DNA of 64,000 nt, taken from Desulfomicrobium sp. GTDB taxonomy: Bacteria > Desulfobacterota > Desulfovibrionia > Desulfovibrionales > Desulfomicrobiaceae. Location: the NCBI GenBank assembly GCA_040768745.1, contig JAXGMI010000001.1:192001-256000 (forward strand), read 5' to 3'. This document shows positions 52,238-62,042 of this stretch, one piece after another. Position 1 is the stretch's first letter. Each line of letters begins with the position of its first letter. Under the pieces are notes generated by a model. The model did no database searches, was not told the DNA's origin, and was given only the letters and a program-made list of their open reading frames with translations. Both the position numbers and the translations under genes were made by a program.

Positions 52238-53130
52238 CAGACCTTGTCCTCCGTCTTGACGCCCAGAAGGCCGGTCGGCTTCACGAGCAGGATGCCGATG
52301 AGCAGGATGAAGGCGAAGGCATCGCGGTATCCCGCCAGGTCAGGAAAAAATGCCACGGTCATGATCTCGATGAATCCCAGGGCCAATCCACCGATGACCG
52401 CGCCCTGGATGGAGCCGATCCCCCCGAACACGGCCGCGATGAAGGCCTTGAACCCGGGGATGGCGCCCATGATGGGCTGCAGCTGCGGATACCGGAGGGC
52501 CCACATGATGCCGCTGGCCGCTGCCAGGGCCGAACCGATGCCAAAGGTCAGGGCGATGACCTTGTTCACCGAAACCCCCATCAGGTAGCTGGTCTCGATG
52601 TCCTTGCTGATGGCCCGCATGCCCAGACCCGCCTTGGTGTGGTAGACGATGTAGACCAGGCCGAGCATGAGCAGGAAGGACAGGACCGGCACGAACAGGG
52701 TCAGGGGCAGCACGCGCACGTCCCCCCACAGCATGGGGTTTTCCAGCCAGGCCGGACGGTAGACCTCCCGGGGGATGGCCTGAAAGAAGACGATGGCCAC
52801 GTTCTGCAGGAAAAACGAGACGCCGATGGCGCTGATCAGGGCCGAGATGCGCGGAGCGTCGCGCAGGGGGCGGTAAGCGATGCGGTCCACCAGCACGCCG
52901 ATGCCGGCCACCAGGATGATGGAGGCGACCATGGCCACGATCCAGGGCAGGTGGAAGAGGGTGATGCCCCAGAACACCAGGTAGGCCCCGAGCATGAATA
53001 TTTCGCTGTGCGCGAAATTGATCAGCCGCAGGATGCCGTAGACCATGGTGTAGCCGATGGCGATGAGGGCGTAGAGGCTGCCAAGGGTCAGGCTGTTCAG
53101 GAAATGCTGGATGAATGTAGCCAGGTTCAT
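52237..53130 (-). CDS. livH: branched-chain amino acid ABC permease
   Basis: YALIAIGYTMVYGILRLINFAH, GGIGS and KPTGLLG. Confidence 0.93.
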   Translation of the reverse strand: MNLATFIQHFLNSLTLGSLYALIAIGYTMVYGILRLINFAHSEIFMLGAYLVFWGITLFHLPWIVAMVASIILVAGIGVLVDRIAYRPLRDAPRISALISAIGVSFFLQNVAIVFFQAIPREVYRPAWLENPMLWGDVRVLPLTLFVPVLSFLLMLGLVYIVYHTKAGLGMRAISKDIETSYLMGVSVNKVIALTFGIGSALAAASGIMWALRYPQLQPIMGAIPGFKAFIAAVFGGIGSIQGAVIGGLALGFIEIMTVAFFPDLAGYRDAFAFILLIGILLVKPTGLLGVKTEDKV

Positions 53131-53150
53131 GGAAGATCCTTGTCGGAAAC

Positions 53151-53174
53151 GGGCGGCGGGAATACCCGCCGCCC
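53151..53174. other. intercistronic GC hairpin after the binding-protein gene
   Basis: GGGCGGCGGG-aata-CCCGCCGCCC. Confidence 0.55.
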
Positions 53175-53202
53175 GTGCGCCCGGGGCGCATGCTCTCAGG
53201 GA

Positions 53203-54342
53203 TTAGAGTTCAGGGACGATGCTGCCCACGTAGGTCTTCTTGCCGCCCTTGATCATGACCAGGCCGACGGGCTTTTCGGCGTCGTGGGTCTCGTTGATGG
53301 TCGTGGTGCCGGTCACGCCGACAAATCCCTTGGTTGCGGCCAGGGCGTCGCGGATGGCCTGGGGTTCGGCCTTGCCGGCGCGCTTGATGGCGTCCATGAT
53401 GATCATGTAGGCGTCATAGCCCAGGGCTGCATTGACGTTGGGATCCTTCTTGGGATTGGCCTTCTTCCACTCTTCCGTGAACTTCTTGGCCACGGGGTTC
53501 ATGTCGGGCATGGACGGATCGTAGGGGAAGGTGGTGTGCATGAAGCCTTCCACTGCGTTGCCGCCGATGGCGGTGATCTCCGGGTTGTCCATGGCGTCGC
53601 CGCCCATGATCTTGAAGGTGGCGCCCAGTTCCTTGGCCTGCTTCATGATGATGGCGCCTTCGGCGAAATAGGAGGGAATGAAGAGCACGTCGGGCTTCTT
53701 GCTCATGATTTCCTGCAGCTGGGCCGTGAAGTCCTGATCGCCTGACTGGTAGTTCAGGGTGGACACTATTTCGCCGCCCAGCTTGGCGAAGGACTTTTTG
53801 AAGAAGCTGGCCAGGCCCACGGAATAGTCGTTGGCCACGTCAATCAGCAGAGCGGCCTTTTTCAGTCCCAGGTCCTTGAACGCGTAGGTAGCGGCGCCGG
53901 CGCCCTGGAAGGGGTCGATGAAGCACACGCGGAAGATGTACTTCTTGCCCTGCGTCACCAGGGGGTTGGTGCAGCTGGTGCCGACCTGGGGGATGCCGGC
54001 CTTTTCGGACACTTCGCCCCCGGCCATGGCCAGGGACGAACCGTACGTGCCGATGATGGCCTGCGCTTTTTCCTTTTCGATCAGACGCTTGACCGCGTTT
54101 GCCGCCTCGACCTTGTCGGACTTGTTGTCAACGACAAAGAGTTCGACCTTCTTGCCCAGAATCTGGCCCATTTCCTTGTGGGCCATCTGTACGCCTTCCA
54201 GTTCCAGCTGGCCGCCAAAGGCATTCTGTCCGGTCAGGGGCAGAAACACGCCGATGCGGACGGTATCATCGGCGGCCACGGACATGCCGGCAAAGCCGCA
54301 GACCATGGCCATCACCATGCACAGGACAACAAGTCGTTTCAT
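53203..54342 (-). CDS. livK: branched-chain amino acid ABC substrate-binding protein
   Basis: Signal peptide, IGVFLPLTG, FRVCFIDPFQG and GYDAY. GAGGAG RBS. Confidence 0.88.
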   Translation of the reverse strand: MKRLVVLCMVMAMVCGFAGMSVAADDTVRIGVFLPLTGQNAFGGQLELEGVQMAHKEMGQILGKKVELFVVDNKSDKVEAANAVKRLIEKEKAQAIIGTYGSSLAMAGGEVSEKAGIPQVGTSCTNPLVTQGKKYIFRVCFIDPFQGAGAATYAFKDLGLKKAALLIDVANDYSVGLASFFKKSFAKLGGEIVSTLNYQSGDQDFTAQLQEIMSKKPDVLFIPSYFAEGAIIMKQAKELGATFKIMGGDAMDNPEITAIGGNAVEGFMHTTFPYDPSMPDMNPVAKKFTEEWKKANPKKDPNVNAALGYDAYMIIMDAIKRAGKAEPQAIRDALAATKGFVGVTGTTTINETHDAEKPVGLVMIKGGKKTYVGSIVPEL

Positions 54343-54510
54343 CAAAAACTCCTCCTCAATGAACGTTGAATGCCGGAGACATGACTGGTCTCCGGTCGGT
54401 GCGCGAACCTGGGCCCATCCCGGGGCGCGCGACCATTGCCAAAAGCCGGAACATCCGGCCTTGTCCACTTCCGATCCGGCGCTGGTGCCCTGACGGGCGT
54501 ATCCTGCACC

Positions 54511-55278
54511 CTACCAGGAAACCACCGCGGAAATTTTTTTGGCCAGTTCCACCAGGGATCCCGCAAAACGCCCTTCGAACTCTTCCATGGAATAGCGGTC
54601 AGTGGAGGAATCGAAGCTTACCCCCCCCACCACTTTGCCCGTACGCAGGCTGAAAAGCGGAGCGCCTATGGCGATCAGCCCGGGGACGAACTCCTCCCGG
54701 TTCCTGGCATAGCCGCGCTCCACAGCCCCGCGCAGGTCGGCCAGGAGTTCCTGGCGGGACACGATGGTCTTGTCGGTTTTGGGCTTCAGTTCCAGCCGGT
54801 CCACGAGCCCATGCAGTCCGGTCGGGTCCATGAAGGCCATGGCCGCCTTGCCTGCGGCCAGGTAGTAGAGTTCCGAGCCGTAGCTGAAGGATCGAAAGGC
54901 CTTGGTATCCTGGGACTCGCGACGATAGATGAGATAGATGGAATCACCGGAGAGGATGCCCACGTCCACATGCAGGCCATGCCGTTCGTGTGCGGCATCG
55001 ACCTGGATCTTGACGGCCCGTTCCAGCTCGCTTTTTTCAAGAATGGAGTGGGCCAGGGCCAGCATGCGCACGCCCAGTCGGTACAGTCCGGTGCGGTCGT
55101 CGCGTTTCAAGAAACCCAGCTCGCAGAAGGTGTTGACGTAGCGATAGACAGACGTCTTGTTGATGCCGGTGCGGCGGGAAATCTGGGACAGGGTGCATCC
55201 GACATCGTCGTCGCCGAACATGTCCAGAATCCCGAGGCCCTTGGCCAGTGTTTCGGAACTGTTGTCCTTTCCTGCCAT
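54511..55278 (-). CDS. IclR family regulator
   Basis: TLAKGLGILDMF..SQISRRTGINKTSVYRY, AAGKA and EEFVPGL..IGAP. Confidence 0.92.
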   Translation of the reverse strand: MAGKDNSSETLAKGLGILDMFGDDDVGCTLSQISRRTGINKTSVYRYVNTFCELGFLKRDDRTGLYRLGVRMLALAHSILEKSELERAVKIQVDAAHERHGLHVDVGILSGDSIYLIYRRESQDTKAFRSFSYGSELYYLAAGKAAMAFMDPTGLHGLVDRLELKPKTDKTIVSRQELLADLRGAVERGYARNREEFVPGLIAIGAPLFSLRTGKVVGGVSFDSSTDRYSMEEFEGRFAGSLVELAKKISAVVSW

Positions 55279-55568
55279 GCCGCTTCCGCGTGAAGGTTGT
55301 GTCGCGGGCACCTTTTCTCACGATAGAGAATCGAGCGTTCCGCTGAGAGAACTCATGACATGTATCGGGAAACGGCTATTCCAAAAGAAAGGACATTGTC
55401 AATCAGCAGGCCGGCGGGAATTGAGTCTCTGTGCAGGGGGGCAGCCGCGATGGCGCAGGCGTGTCGTGTGGACCCGCACGCCCTGCTGCGGATCCGGACC
55501 AGACAGTCGCCTGCCGGCAAGACCCAACGCTGGGAATGAACAAAAAAATCATGCTGCACGGGCAGGGA

Positions 55569-56072
55569 TCAGGCCAGGGCGGCCAGCACGCGCTCGAAGC
55601 GTTGTTCATTGACCACGCTGCCCCATCGGGATCCCCGCTGTTCCGCAACGAGCCTGAAGCCGTGCTTTTCGTAGAGATGCCGGGCTGTCTCCAGCCCCTC
55701 GAAGGTCCACAGGTAGATCCTCGGGTATCCCCTGTCCTGGCAGAACCCCACGGCCCTCTCCAGAAGCTGGCCGCCTGTGCCTTTTCCGCGCTGGGCATCG
55801 GACATGATGAACCATCGCAGATGGGCGCCCCCGGTTTCGGCATGGATCCCGTCGATGGCGATGCATCCTTCGACGCGGCCATCCGCCGAAGCAGTCCAGA
55901 ACCCGTCCCGGCTCTCGTCGCAGCGCTTCAGAAACTCAGCCAGATCGGTCGCAACCTTGGCTTCGAAGAACAGGCCGAAACCCCAGTGCGCACCATAGTA
56001 GGCGCCATGAAGTTCAACCGCCCTGCCCAGGGATCCGGGGACATACCCTTTGTCTATGCGTATTCGTGACAC
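55569..56072 (-). CDS. GNAT family N-acetyltransferase
   Basis: HLRWF..QRGKGTG and ARHLYEKHGF. Confidence 0.88.
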   Translation of the reverse strand: MSRIRIDKGYVPGSLGRAVELHGAYYGAHWGFGLFFEAKVATDLAEFLKRCDESRDGFWTASADGRVEGCIAIDGIHAETGGAHLRWFIMSDAQRGKGTGGQLLERAVGFCQDRGYPRIYLWTFEGLETARHLYEKHGFRLVAEQRGSRWGSVVNEQRFERVLAALA

Positions 56073-56107
56073 GGTGCTTCCACCTCCTGGTCCCTGGGCC
56101 GGACGAA

Positions 56108-56518
56108 TTAATACTCAAGCATGCGGGGCAGGGACTTGGCCTGCTCTATCCATTTGACCACTTCGGACTCGGTGGGAACCCGGCGGGTGAGCTTCTTTGC
56201 GGCGTTGGCCTCGGCCAGGGCCGTGGTCAGATTCGCGGCGTTTCTGCGGGCCAGGGCCGGTACGGTGTCGACGCCGGCTGCTTCGAGCAGCTCCGAGTAT
56301 TCCGAACCGACACCGCTGATGCGGTAGAGGTCAACCATGTTCGCGAATTTGAGTATCTGCGCCTTGGTGAGCCCGGATTTCTCCGCCAGCGCCTTCCTGT
56401 CCCTGGGCGTGCGGCAACTGGCCAGAAGCGCATCCGTGTCCTTGACGCCAGCCTCGCGGAGTTTTTTTCCGGTGGCGGGACCAATCCCTTCCACATCTTC
56501 TATCTTGTAGTTGGCCAT
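56108..56518 (-). CDS. DUF4332 helix-hairpin-helix protein
   Basis: IEDVEGIGP, DLYRISGVGSEYSELLEAAGVDTV and WIEQAK. AGGAGG RBS. Confidence 0.85.
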   Translation of the reverse strand: MANYKIEDVEGIGPATGKKLREAGVKDTDALLASCRTPRDRKALAEKSGLTKAQILKFANMVDLYRISGVGSEYSELLEAAGVDTVPALARRNAANLTTALAEANAAKKLTRRVPTESEVVKWIEQAKSLPRMLEY

Positions 56519-56568
56519 GGTGTTCCTCCTTGTTGTTTGTCCATCATGTCCGGACCTGTCGCCCTGGA

Positions 56569-57336
56569 TCACTCGTCCACGATCCAGATGTAGTCTCCCA
56601 CCCGGGAGCGTTCCGTCATGGGCGCATCCTCGAGCATGAAGCCGAAGGTCATGACCGCGATCTTCAGCTCCGGATGATTCTTGTGCAGCTGATACGGTAT
56701 GCCAAGATGGTGATCTGAGTGAAAACGGCCGCAACAGAAAAGAATCCGGCGGCCCAGGTACGGTTCGAGAGACGCCGCCATGACTGCGTCCTTGAGCACC
56801 TGGGCCTTGAAGAGCCCGTCCACGCTCTTGTTCATCATGGGCCCCGCAGGATGCATTCCGCCCACGATGTCCTTGAAACGTTCGTAATACTCCTCGGAAT
56901 CAACGTGGATGACCGGGGGCAGGAAGACACTGTCCTCGGCCAGGACCTCCGCCGAGATCTCGCCCGCCTTGGCCACGGCCGAGGCGGCCCGGCGCGGGAT
57001 GTTGGCAGCCACCACGGGTATGGACCGCGTTCTGGCGAATTCGACCAGCGGCCTGTACTGTTCGCTGTAGCCGGGCCAAGGCCGCGACGAATCCAGAAAC
57101 GTCTTTTCGGAAATGACGCCTGCCAGGTAATCGTCGAGGACGGGCTGCACATCGCGTTCGAACATTTCCAGGGCCAGAACGATTCCCGGGTCTTTGTCCC
57201 AGAGCCCCTTGAGCACTTCCAGTTCGGCTTCCTGACATTCCCTATGGTCATGGGACTCGCCGACAAAGGTGATGTCGTAGTCCGTGATCTGTGAGAAGAA
57301 AGGCTCCAGATCGAACATGAATCCCCTGTTGTTCAT
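56569..57336 (-). CDS. ChaN/DUF399 family protein
   Basis: VGESHD, LALEMFERDVQ, YRPLVEFA..VAANIPR and GRFHSD. Start may be TTG at 57348. Confidence 0.82.
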   Translation of the reverse strand: MNNRGFMFDLEPFFSQITDYDITFVGESHDHRECQEAELEVLKGLWDKDPGIVLALEMFERDVQPVLDDYLAGVISEKTFLDSSRPWPGYSEQYRPLVEFARTRSIPVVAANIPRRAASAVAKAGEISAEVLAEDSVFLPPVIHVDSEEYYERFKDIVGGMHPAGPMMNKSVDGLFKAQVLKDAVMAASLEPYLGRRILFCCGRFHSDHHLGIPYQLHKNHPELKIAVMTFGFMLEDAPMTERSRVGDYIWIVDE

Positions 57337-57398
57337 GACAGAATACAACGCAACCTCCTGGTATCGATGAATGTTTGTATTCTTCCCGCATCCGGCGC

Positions 57399-57438
57399 GG
57401 TCATGGGCGGCGCATCCCGGGATGCGCCGCCCATGACC
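57399..57438. repeat. perfect 40-bp palindrome
   Basis: GGTCATGGGCGGCGCATCCC|GGGATGCGCCGCCCATGACC. Confidence 0.9.
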
Positions 57439-57451
57439 ATCACGGTGCTTC

Positions 57452-58267
57452 CTACGCCGACTGCATCCCGACCATCTGTTCGATGCGGCGGGCCACCTCC
57501 GGGGGGAGACCCAGGTCGGCAGCGAGTCTGTCCATGTAGGCCTTCTCGGCCGCGGTATCGACCTCAATGGCCATGAGGGACGCCCCGTAGACCTGCGCCG
57601 CCAGTTCCGGCTGGCCCTGCGCCGCGGAAACCAGGCTCTCGGTTTCGGCCGGCTTCTGCATCTGCATGATCACGTAGCGCTGGGCCTCGGCATCGGCCCC
57701 GGCTTCCTGCAGCTTGCCCACGATGCGCTGGACCTCCCGTTCGTCGATCTGCCCGTCCGCCTTGGCCGCGTTGATCATCGCCCGCAGCACGAGTTCGGTC
57801 TGTTTCTCCAGTTCCTGCTTGTCAGCCTCTGTCCGGGGTTCCTGCAGGCCCAGGGGCACCTGCCCTGTGCCCTGCCCGCTGCCCTGCAGGGCCTTGTAGG
57901 CCATCATCCCCAGCAGGGCCATGACCCCGCCGCCCAGGGCGCCGCCCAGGGACTTGCCGCCGCCGCCCAGAAGCGATCCGGCCAGGGCTCCCAATCCCCC
58001 GATGGCCAGGTTCTGCTTGCCGCCCACGGCCTGTCCGGCCTGGTCCAGGACCTCTCCGAGCATACCCCCCAGGTCCTTGCCGCCGCTGCCCAGGACGCTG
58101 GTCAGGATGTCACCCAGACCCCCGCCCTGTTGTCCGCCGAGCAGGCCGCCCAGAGCTTCCAGAAGTCCACCCCCTCCACCGCCGCCCATGGCGTTCTGCA
58201 GGCGCTGATTGGTTGAAGGGGCCATACCCGACTGCACCATGGCTCCCAAAAGATCGCTGATATTCAT
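57452..58267 (-). CDS. DUF533 (TerB-like, YebE) protein
   Basis: Gly-rich N-terminus, RAMINAAKADGQIDERE and AQVYGASL..EKAYM. Confidence 0.87.
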   Translation of the reverse strand: MNISDLLGAMVQSGMAPSTNQRLQNAMGGGGGGGLLEALGGLLGGQQGGGLGDILTSVLGSGGKDLGGMLGEVLDQAGQAVGGKQNLAIGGLGALAGSLLGGGGKSLGGALGGGVMALLGMMAYKALQGSGQGTGQVPLGLQEPRTEADKQELEKQTELVLRAMINAAKADGQIDEREVQRIVGKLQEAGADAEAQRYVIMQMQKPAETESLVSAAQGQPELAAQVYGASLMAIEVDTAAEKAYMDRLAADLGLPPEVARRIEQMVGMQSA

Positions 58268-59517
58268 GATGGTTGTTCTCCTCGTGTTATGATGTTCAGA
58301 AAATCGCGGTTCCATCTGTCCACCCCGGCGTGCCGTCGTGTCCAGACCTGGCCTGACCGCAAAACTTCAGCCACTGGAATGCACAAAACTCATTCCGGAC
58401 CGTACGCAGCCCTCTTTTCCTTGACGGCAGATCCGAAGATCCATCCCCTGCGCCCTCACTTTTATCACTCCAGGGAAACAAACAGAAAACATATGGTTTT
58501 GTGTTATATACTCGACTTTCGGGGTTAGCCATTAGCAGCTAATAGCCTTTGTTCATTGAAAATATAATCGAAATTGCGCCCCAAACTACGCATTCCTTCT
58601 TGGAAAGCCTCAAGCAGTATGCGTTCTGCCTGGCTCTGATCTTCGCCAAGTTTCTTCAGATTTTCCAGGGTGATGCCTAGGATTTGGCACAGTGCCTTGG
58701 CGAGAGTGCAGTCCTCGGCCTCCTCGCAGCAACGATGGAACAGCAGGCCGAGGGTTCTTGGATCTTCCGTTCTGCGTTTCTCGATGCTGAGGAAGATGTA
58801 TCTGGTCATCACGATGGTCGTGTGGGCGATGAGGGCATCGAAGTCCCGGCTTTGGCAGCCTTTCTCCAGTTCCAGATGCTGCTTGGCCGTGCGGAAGAAT
58901 ACTTCGATGTCCCAACGCTTGCCGTAAATGCGGACCACGTCTTCATCGGCAATGGTGAGGTCAGTGGTAAGCAAGGCCAGCCAGTCTTTCTTGTGCTTGT
59001 TTCGCACGAAGACGAGTTTGGCCTTGAGGCCATCCTTTAACTCGACTTGGGCGTTGGCCAGGATCTTGGCTCTGCCTCTGCTTTTGCGGATCTGGCTGTA
59101 AATCTGCGTCACGTCCATCTTCTGTCCTTCGAAGATGTAGTGGACCTTGGCCGTGCGTTTGACCATGCAGATGACGGGGATGTGCTTGCACACATCGGAG
59201 ATCAGGGTGGGCATGGCGAACCAACTGTCCATGAGCAGGTACTTGGCCTTGATGCCGGCCTTCAGCGCACGCACAATCATGGGCTCAACCAGTTCTGTCG
59301 ATTTGGTCACAGCCTCCTGGCGCCGCCGTGCGCCGCATGATCTCTTATCAAGGTCTTTGGAAACTTCTTGGTATCGTTGCTTTTTGTCCGCAGAAGAGCG
59401 CAGCGCAAAGTCCAGAGGTAAAAGGGTTGATCCATCGGACCAGGCCAGCGTGAGCAACTTGAAGCCTTTGAGGAATCGCCCGGTCGTATGGTCGTGAACT
59501 TTTGCCAACAGTTCAAC

Positions 59518-61199
59518 CCTGAATCCGTGAATAAGTATTGCCAACGTTGTTGGCTCGCAATTTCAACCATATTTTTCGAAAATCCAGGAGACTTTCGACC
59601 TGAAAATTTTCAACTGAAGGACAATTGTCGCTTCGCAAGCTCCGAGAGCCGACTTTTTGCAGTTTTCAGACGCACTACTCCTAGGAATGCAGCCTAATGA
59701 CCATCTCGTTACGCCGTCTTGAGACGACAGAACAGGTCAGAGACCACCTTGAACCATGGCTCCGGACAGGAGACATGCAGGATTACCTTGCGTGCATGGC
59801 GGGTGATCCGGGCGCAAATGCTCATCATGCTCCGCATGACCGTCTTGGTTCTTCGACGGTTGGCTTTTTTCAGCCCCAGCATCCGAGCCACAACCAAGTC
59901 CACGGAGGCTACCCGAAGCATGTTGTAGACCAGCATGCCCAAGCGCAGGAAGGCGGCATTCACGGCAAACTTGCCCGACGGCAGGCGTTCCATGTCCATC
60001 TCGGTCTTGAATTCCCCGTGATGCTGCTCGCTGGTGCCCCGCTTGCGATACAGTTTCAAAGCCTGGTCGGCATCAAATTCCAGGTTGGTCCACAAAACGC
60101 AGACGCGGACCTCTGGAATCATCATGAACACACCGTCCTTGCTCAACACTTCCGTGACCTCGAAAATCTGGCGGACCGCCCTTTTCTTCTTGCCGATCTC
60201 GCGCATCACGAAGCCCCGGTAGATCCGGCCTTTTTCTCGGGACGTTGCGAAATTCTCTACCTTCTGCGCATGCTCCTTGGCCGTGGCGAGCCAGCCGGTC
60301 ACCGGTTCCCTGCGCAGATTGTGCTTGATGATGAAGCCGGTGCGCGACTGAGTGCACAGAGTCTCCAGACGCTCCTTGCTGTCAAATCCGCTGTCGGCGA
60401 CCACGAGAACGTTCGCTTCCACCATGGACTTGGCGTACCCGAGGCTCTCCAGGATGAACTCATCCGTGCCCTCGCAACTGGAATGGCTCGACCCGGGGCG
60501 AAGCTTGCCGTTGACCATCCAGCCGCCACCAAGATGAGCAAAGATCGGAGCGAAGCCGAATCTCTTGTCGTACGTCGCGCTGGCACCTTCCTTCTCGGTG
60601 TCGGCGTTATCGAAAATGCTGACGTCGATATCAAGGCGCACCCAGTGCTCTTTCTTGTTGTCGTCCCTGGTCATTTCAATGAGCTCTGGCTGCATTCCGG
60701 TCTTCTTCCACAGTTCGACCGAGCAGCGGGGCAACTGGGCATCCAGGTCAGTTTCCAAGGCGATCCGCTGAAACCGTTGCCGCAAAATCTCGGCGGAAGG
60801 AACGCGTCCAAGGCCAAGGCTGGTCGCGAAGAAATCGTCGCCGTAGTACTCACGAACATGGTCGAAATCCGTTTTGCCTTGGCACATGAGGCCGGCCAAT
60901 GTGCGGAAAATTTCACGCTCCTTGATCTGCGGAGCTTTTCCAGGCCCAAGACGGTCGACCAGTGTATCCAGGCCGCAAACTCTGGCCATCTCGCCGATCA
61001 GAGCCAGGCCGACATGGCCAATGTTGTTTCCTTCGTTTCGCTTGATATCGGTGATGAGCATTGCAGACTCCTGTCGCACCCAATGGGTGCAAAAATTCTT
61101 TCAGGAAAAGCAAGCTCAATATGCCGGTATCATTGATTTATTTCAAGCAGGAAATGCTTCAAAACTGTATAATCAATGCAACTTTTTCACGGATTTAGG
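59518..61199 (-). mobile_element. IS1380-family element
   Basis: IRs CCTGAATCCGTGAA / TTCACGGATTTAGG flanked by duplicated TTCAA(C). Ends are ambiguous by about 1 nt. Confidence 0.88.
59709..61079 (-). CDS. IS1380 transposase
   Basis: LDIDVS..KEG, LRPGS.HS, ADSGFD and YRKRGTSEQHHGEFK..ERLPSGKF. Confidence 0.9.
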   Translation of the reverse strand: MRQESAMLITDIKRNEGNNIGHVGLALIGEMARVCGLDTLVDRLGPGKAPQIKEREIFRTLAGLMCQGKTDFDHVREYYGDDFFATSLGLGRVPSAEILRQRFQRIALETDLDAQLPRCSVELWKKTGMQPELIEMTRDDNKKEHWVRLDIDVSIFDNADTEKEGASATYDKRFGFAPIFAHLGGGWMVNGKLRPGSSHSSCEGTDEFILESLGYAKSMVEANVLVVADSGFDSKERLETLCTQSRTGFIIKHNLRREPVTGWLATAKEHAQKVENFATSREKGRIYRGFVMREIGKKKRAVRQIFEVTEVLSKDGVFMMIPEVRVCVLWTNLEFDADQALKLYRKRGTSEQHHGEFKTEMDMERLPSGKFAVNAAFLRLGMLVYNMLRVASVDLVVARMLGLKKANRRRTKTVMRSMMSICARITRHARKVILHVSCPEPWFKVVSDLFCRLKTA

Positions 61200-61943
61200 T
61201 TCAACCTTCTTCGATCTGGGACGCTCAATGGTGGAATCATCAAGAATAAGCACGGATTCGCGATCTTTGCTGGTCAACCCGTCTATGAATTCATGAACGC
61301 CAAAGGCCAGTTTGAGCAAGAATCTTCTCCAACCGAAATTGCTTGAGCGCATAAACTCATAGATGGCATCTTTTCCGACATCGCTTTTAGGATTGATGAC
61401 GATGCTTCGATAGATATTCTTTCCGATGAACGGAAGAACAAAGATGTTCAGAAGAATAGTCAAAGCAGAATATCCTCTTGCTTTCTTGATACTTGAATTT
61501 CGCGCAATGGTCGCAATTCCGAACTGACTGAAAAACGAATCGATTCTGCTCTCACACTCGTTTTTAATGAGTTGCAAATCGATGGCATTGTTTGTAGTTT
61601 GCATGCGGGGATTCCTTTTTTTGTGTTCTGTTGTGTGGTAACAAAAGAACTACTACAGAAGGAGGATCCCCTCAATCAAAATATTCAATTATTCTCGATA
61701 GATTTCTGTTTCGGCGACTTTACTAACAACCCCGAAAGTCGAGTTATATACTCTTCTACAGGAAAAATCCCGTCAAGCCAAGGAGGTGCGGCAGCGCCGA
61801 GGAGCGACCAACTTGCATGCCAGCATACCCCCGGCAAGCGCCACATTCAACCATTGCCGTGGCCATGCCCGATCCGTATCATGGGTGCGCCCCGGTTTCA
61901 TGATTTCCGGCCATCCGGACCAGCGTACCCGCTGAGGACTCCC

Positions 61944-62042
61944 ATGGCAGAAGACACCATCCCTCTCTCCGCCATCCCGGCCGGGACCTTCATGGCCCGG
62001 GTCGGCGGGAATCCCGTGACCGGCACCGCGAGGAGGACCTGA
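61944..62042 (+). CDS. 32-aa UmuD-like mini-ORF or remnant
   Basis: [40 protein letters not shown], and a TGATG overlap with umuC. Confidence 0.5.
   Translation: MAEDTIPLSAIPAGTFMARVGGNPVTGTARRT

Larger units (their letters stand above)
58525..61604 (-). pseudogene. DDE transposase (463 aa reconstituted), split
   Basis: LILDDS..RSKKVE|LLAKVHDH..LMDSWF..YGKRWDIEVFFR. Confidence 0.88.
58511..61743 (-). mobile_element. DDE insertion sequence (IS4-like / ISNCY ISDol1-like), interrupted by IS1380
   Basis: 16-bp perfect IRs CTCGACTTTCGGGGTT. 7-bp TSD TTATATA at 58504-58510 and 61744-61750. Family assignment is tentative. Confidence 0.85.
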
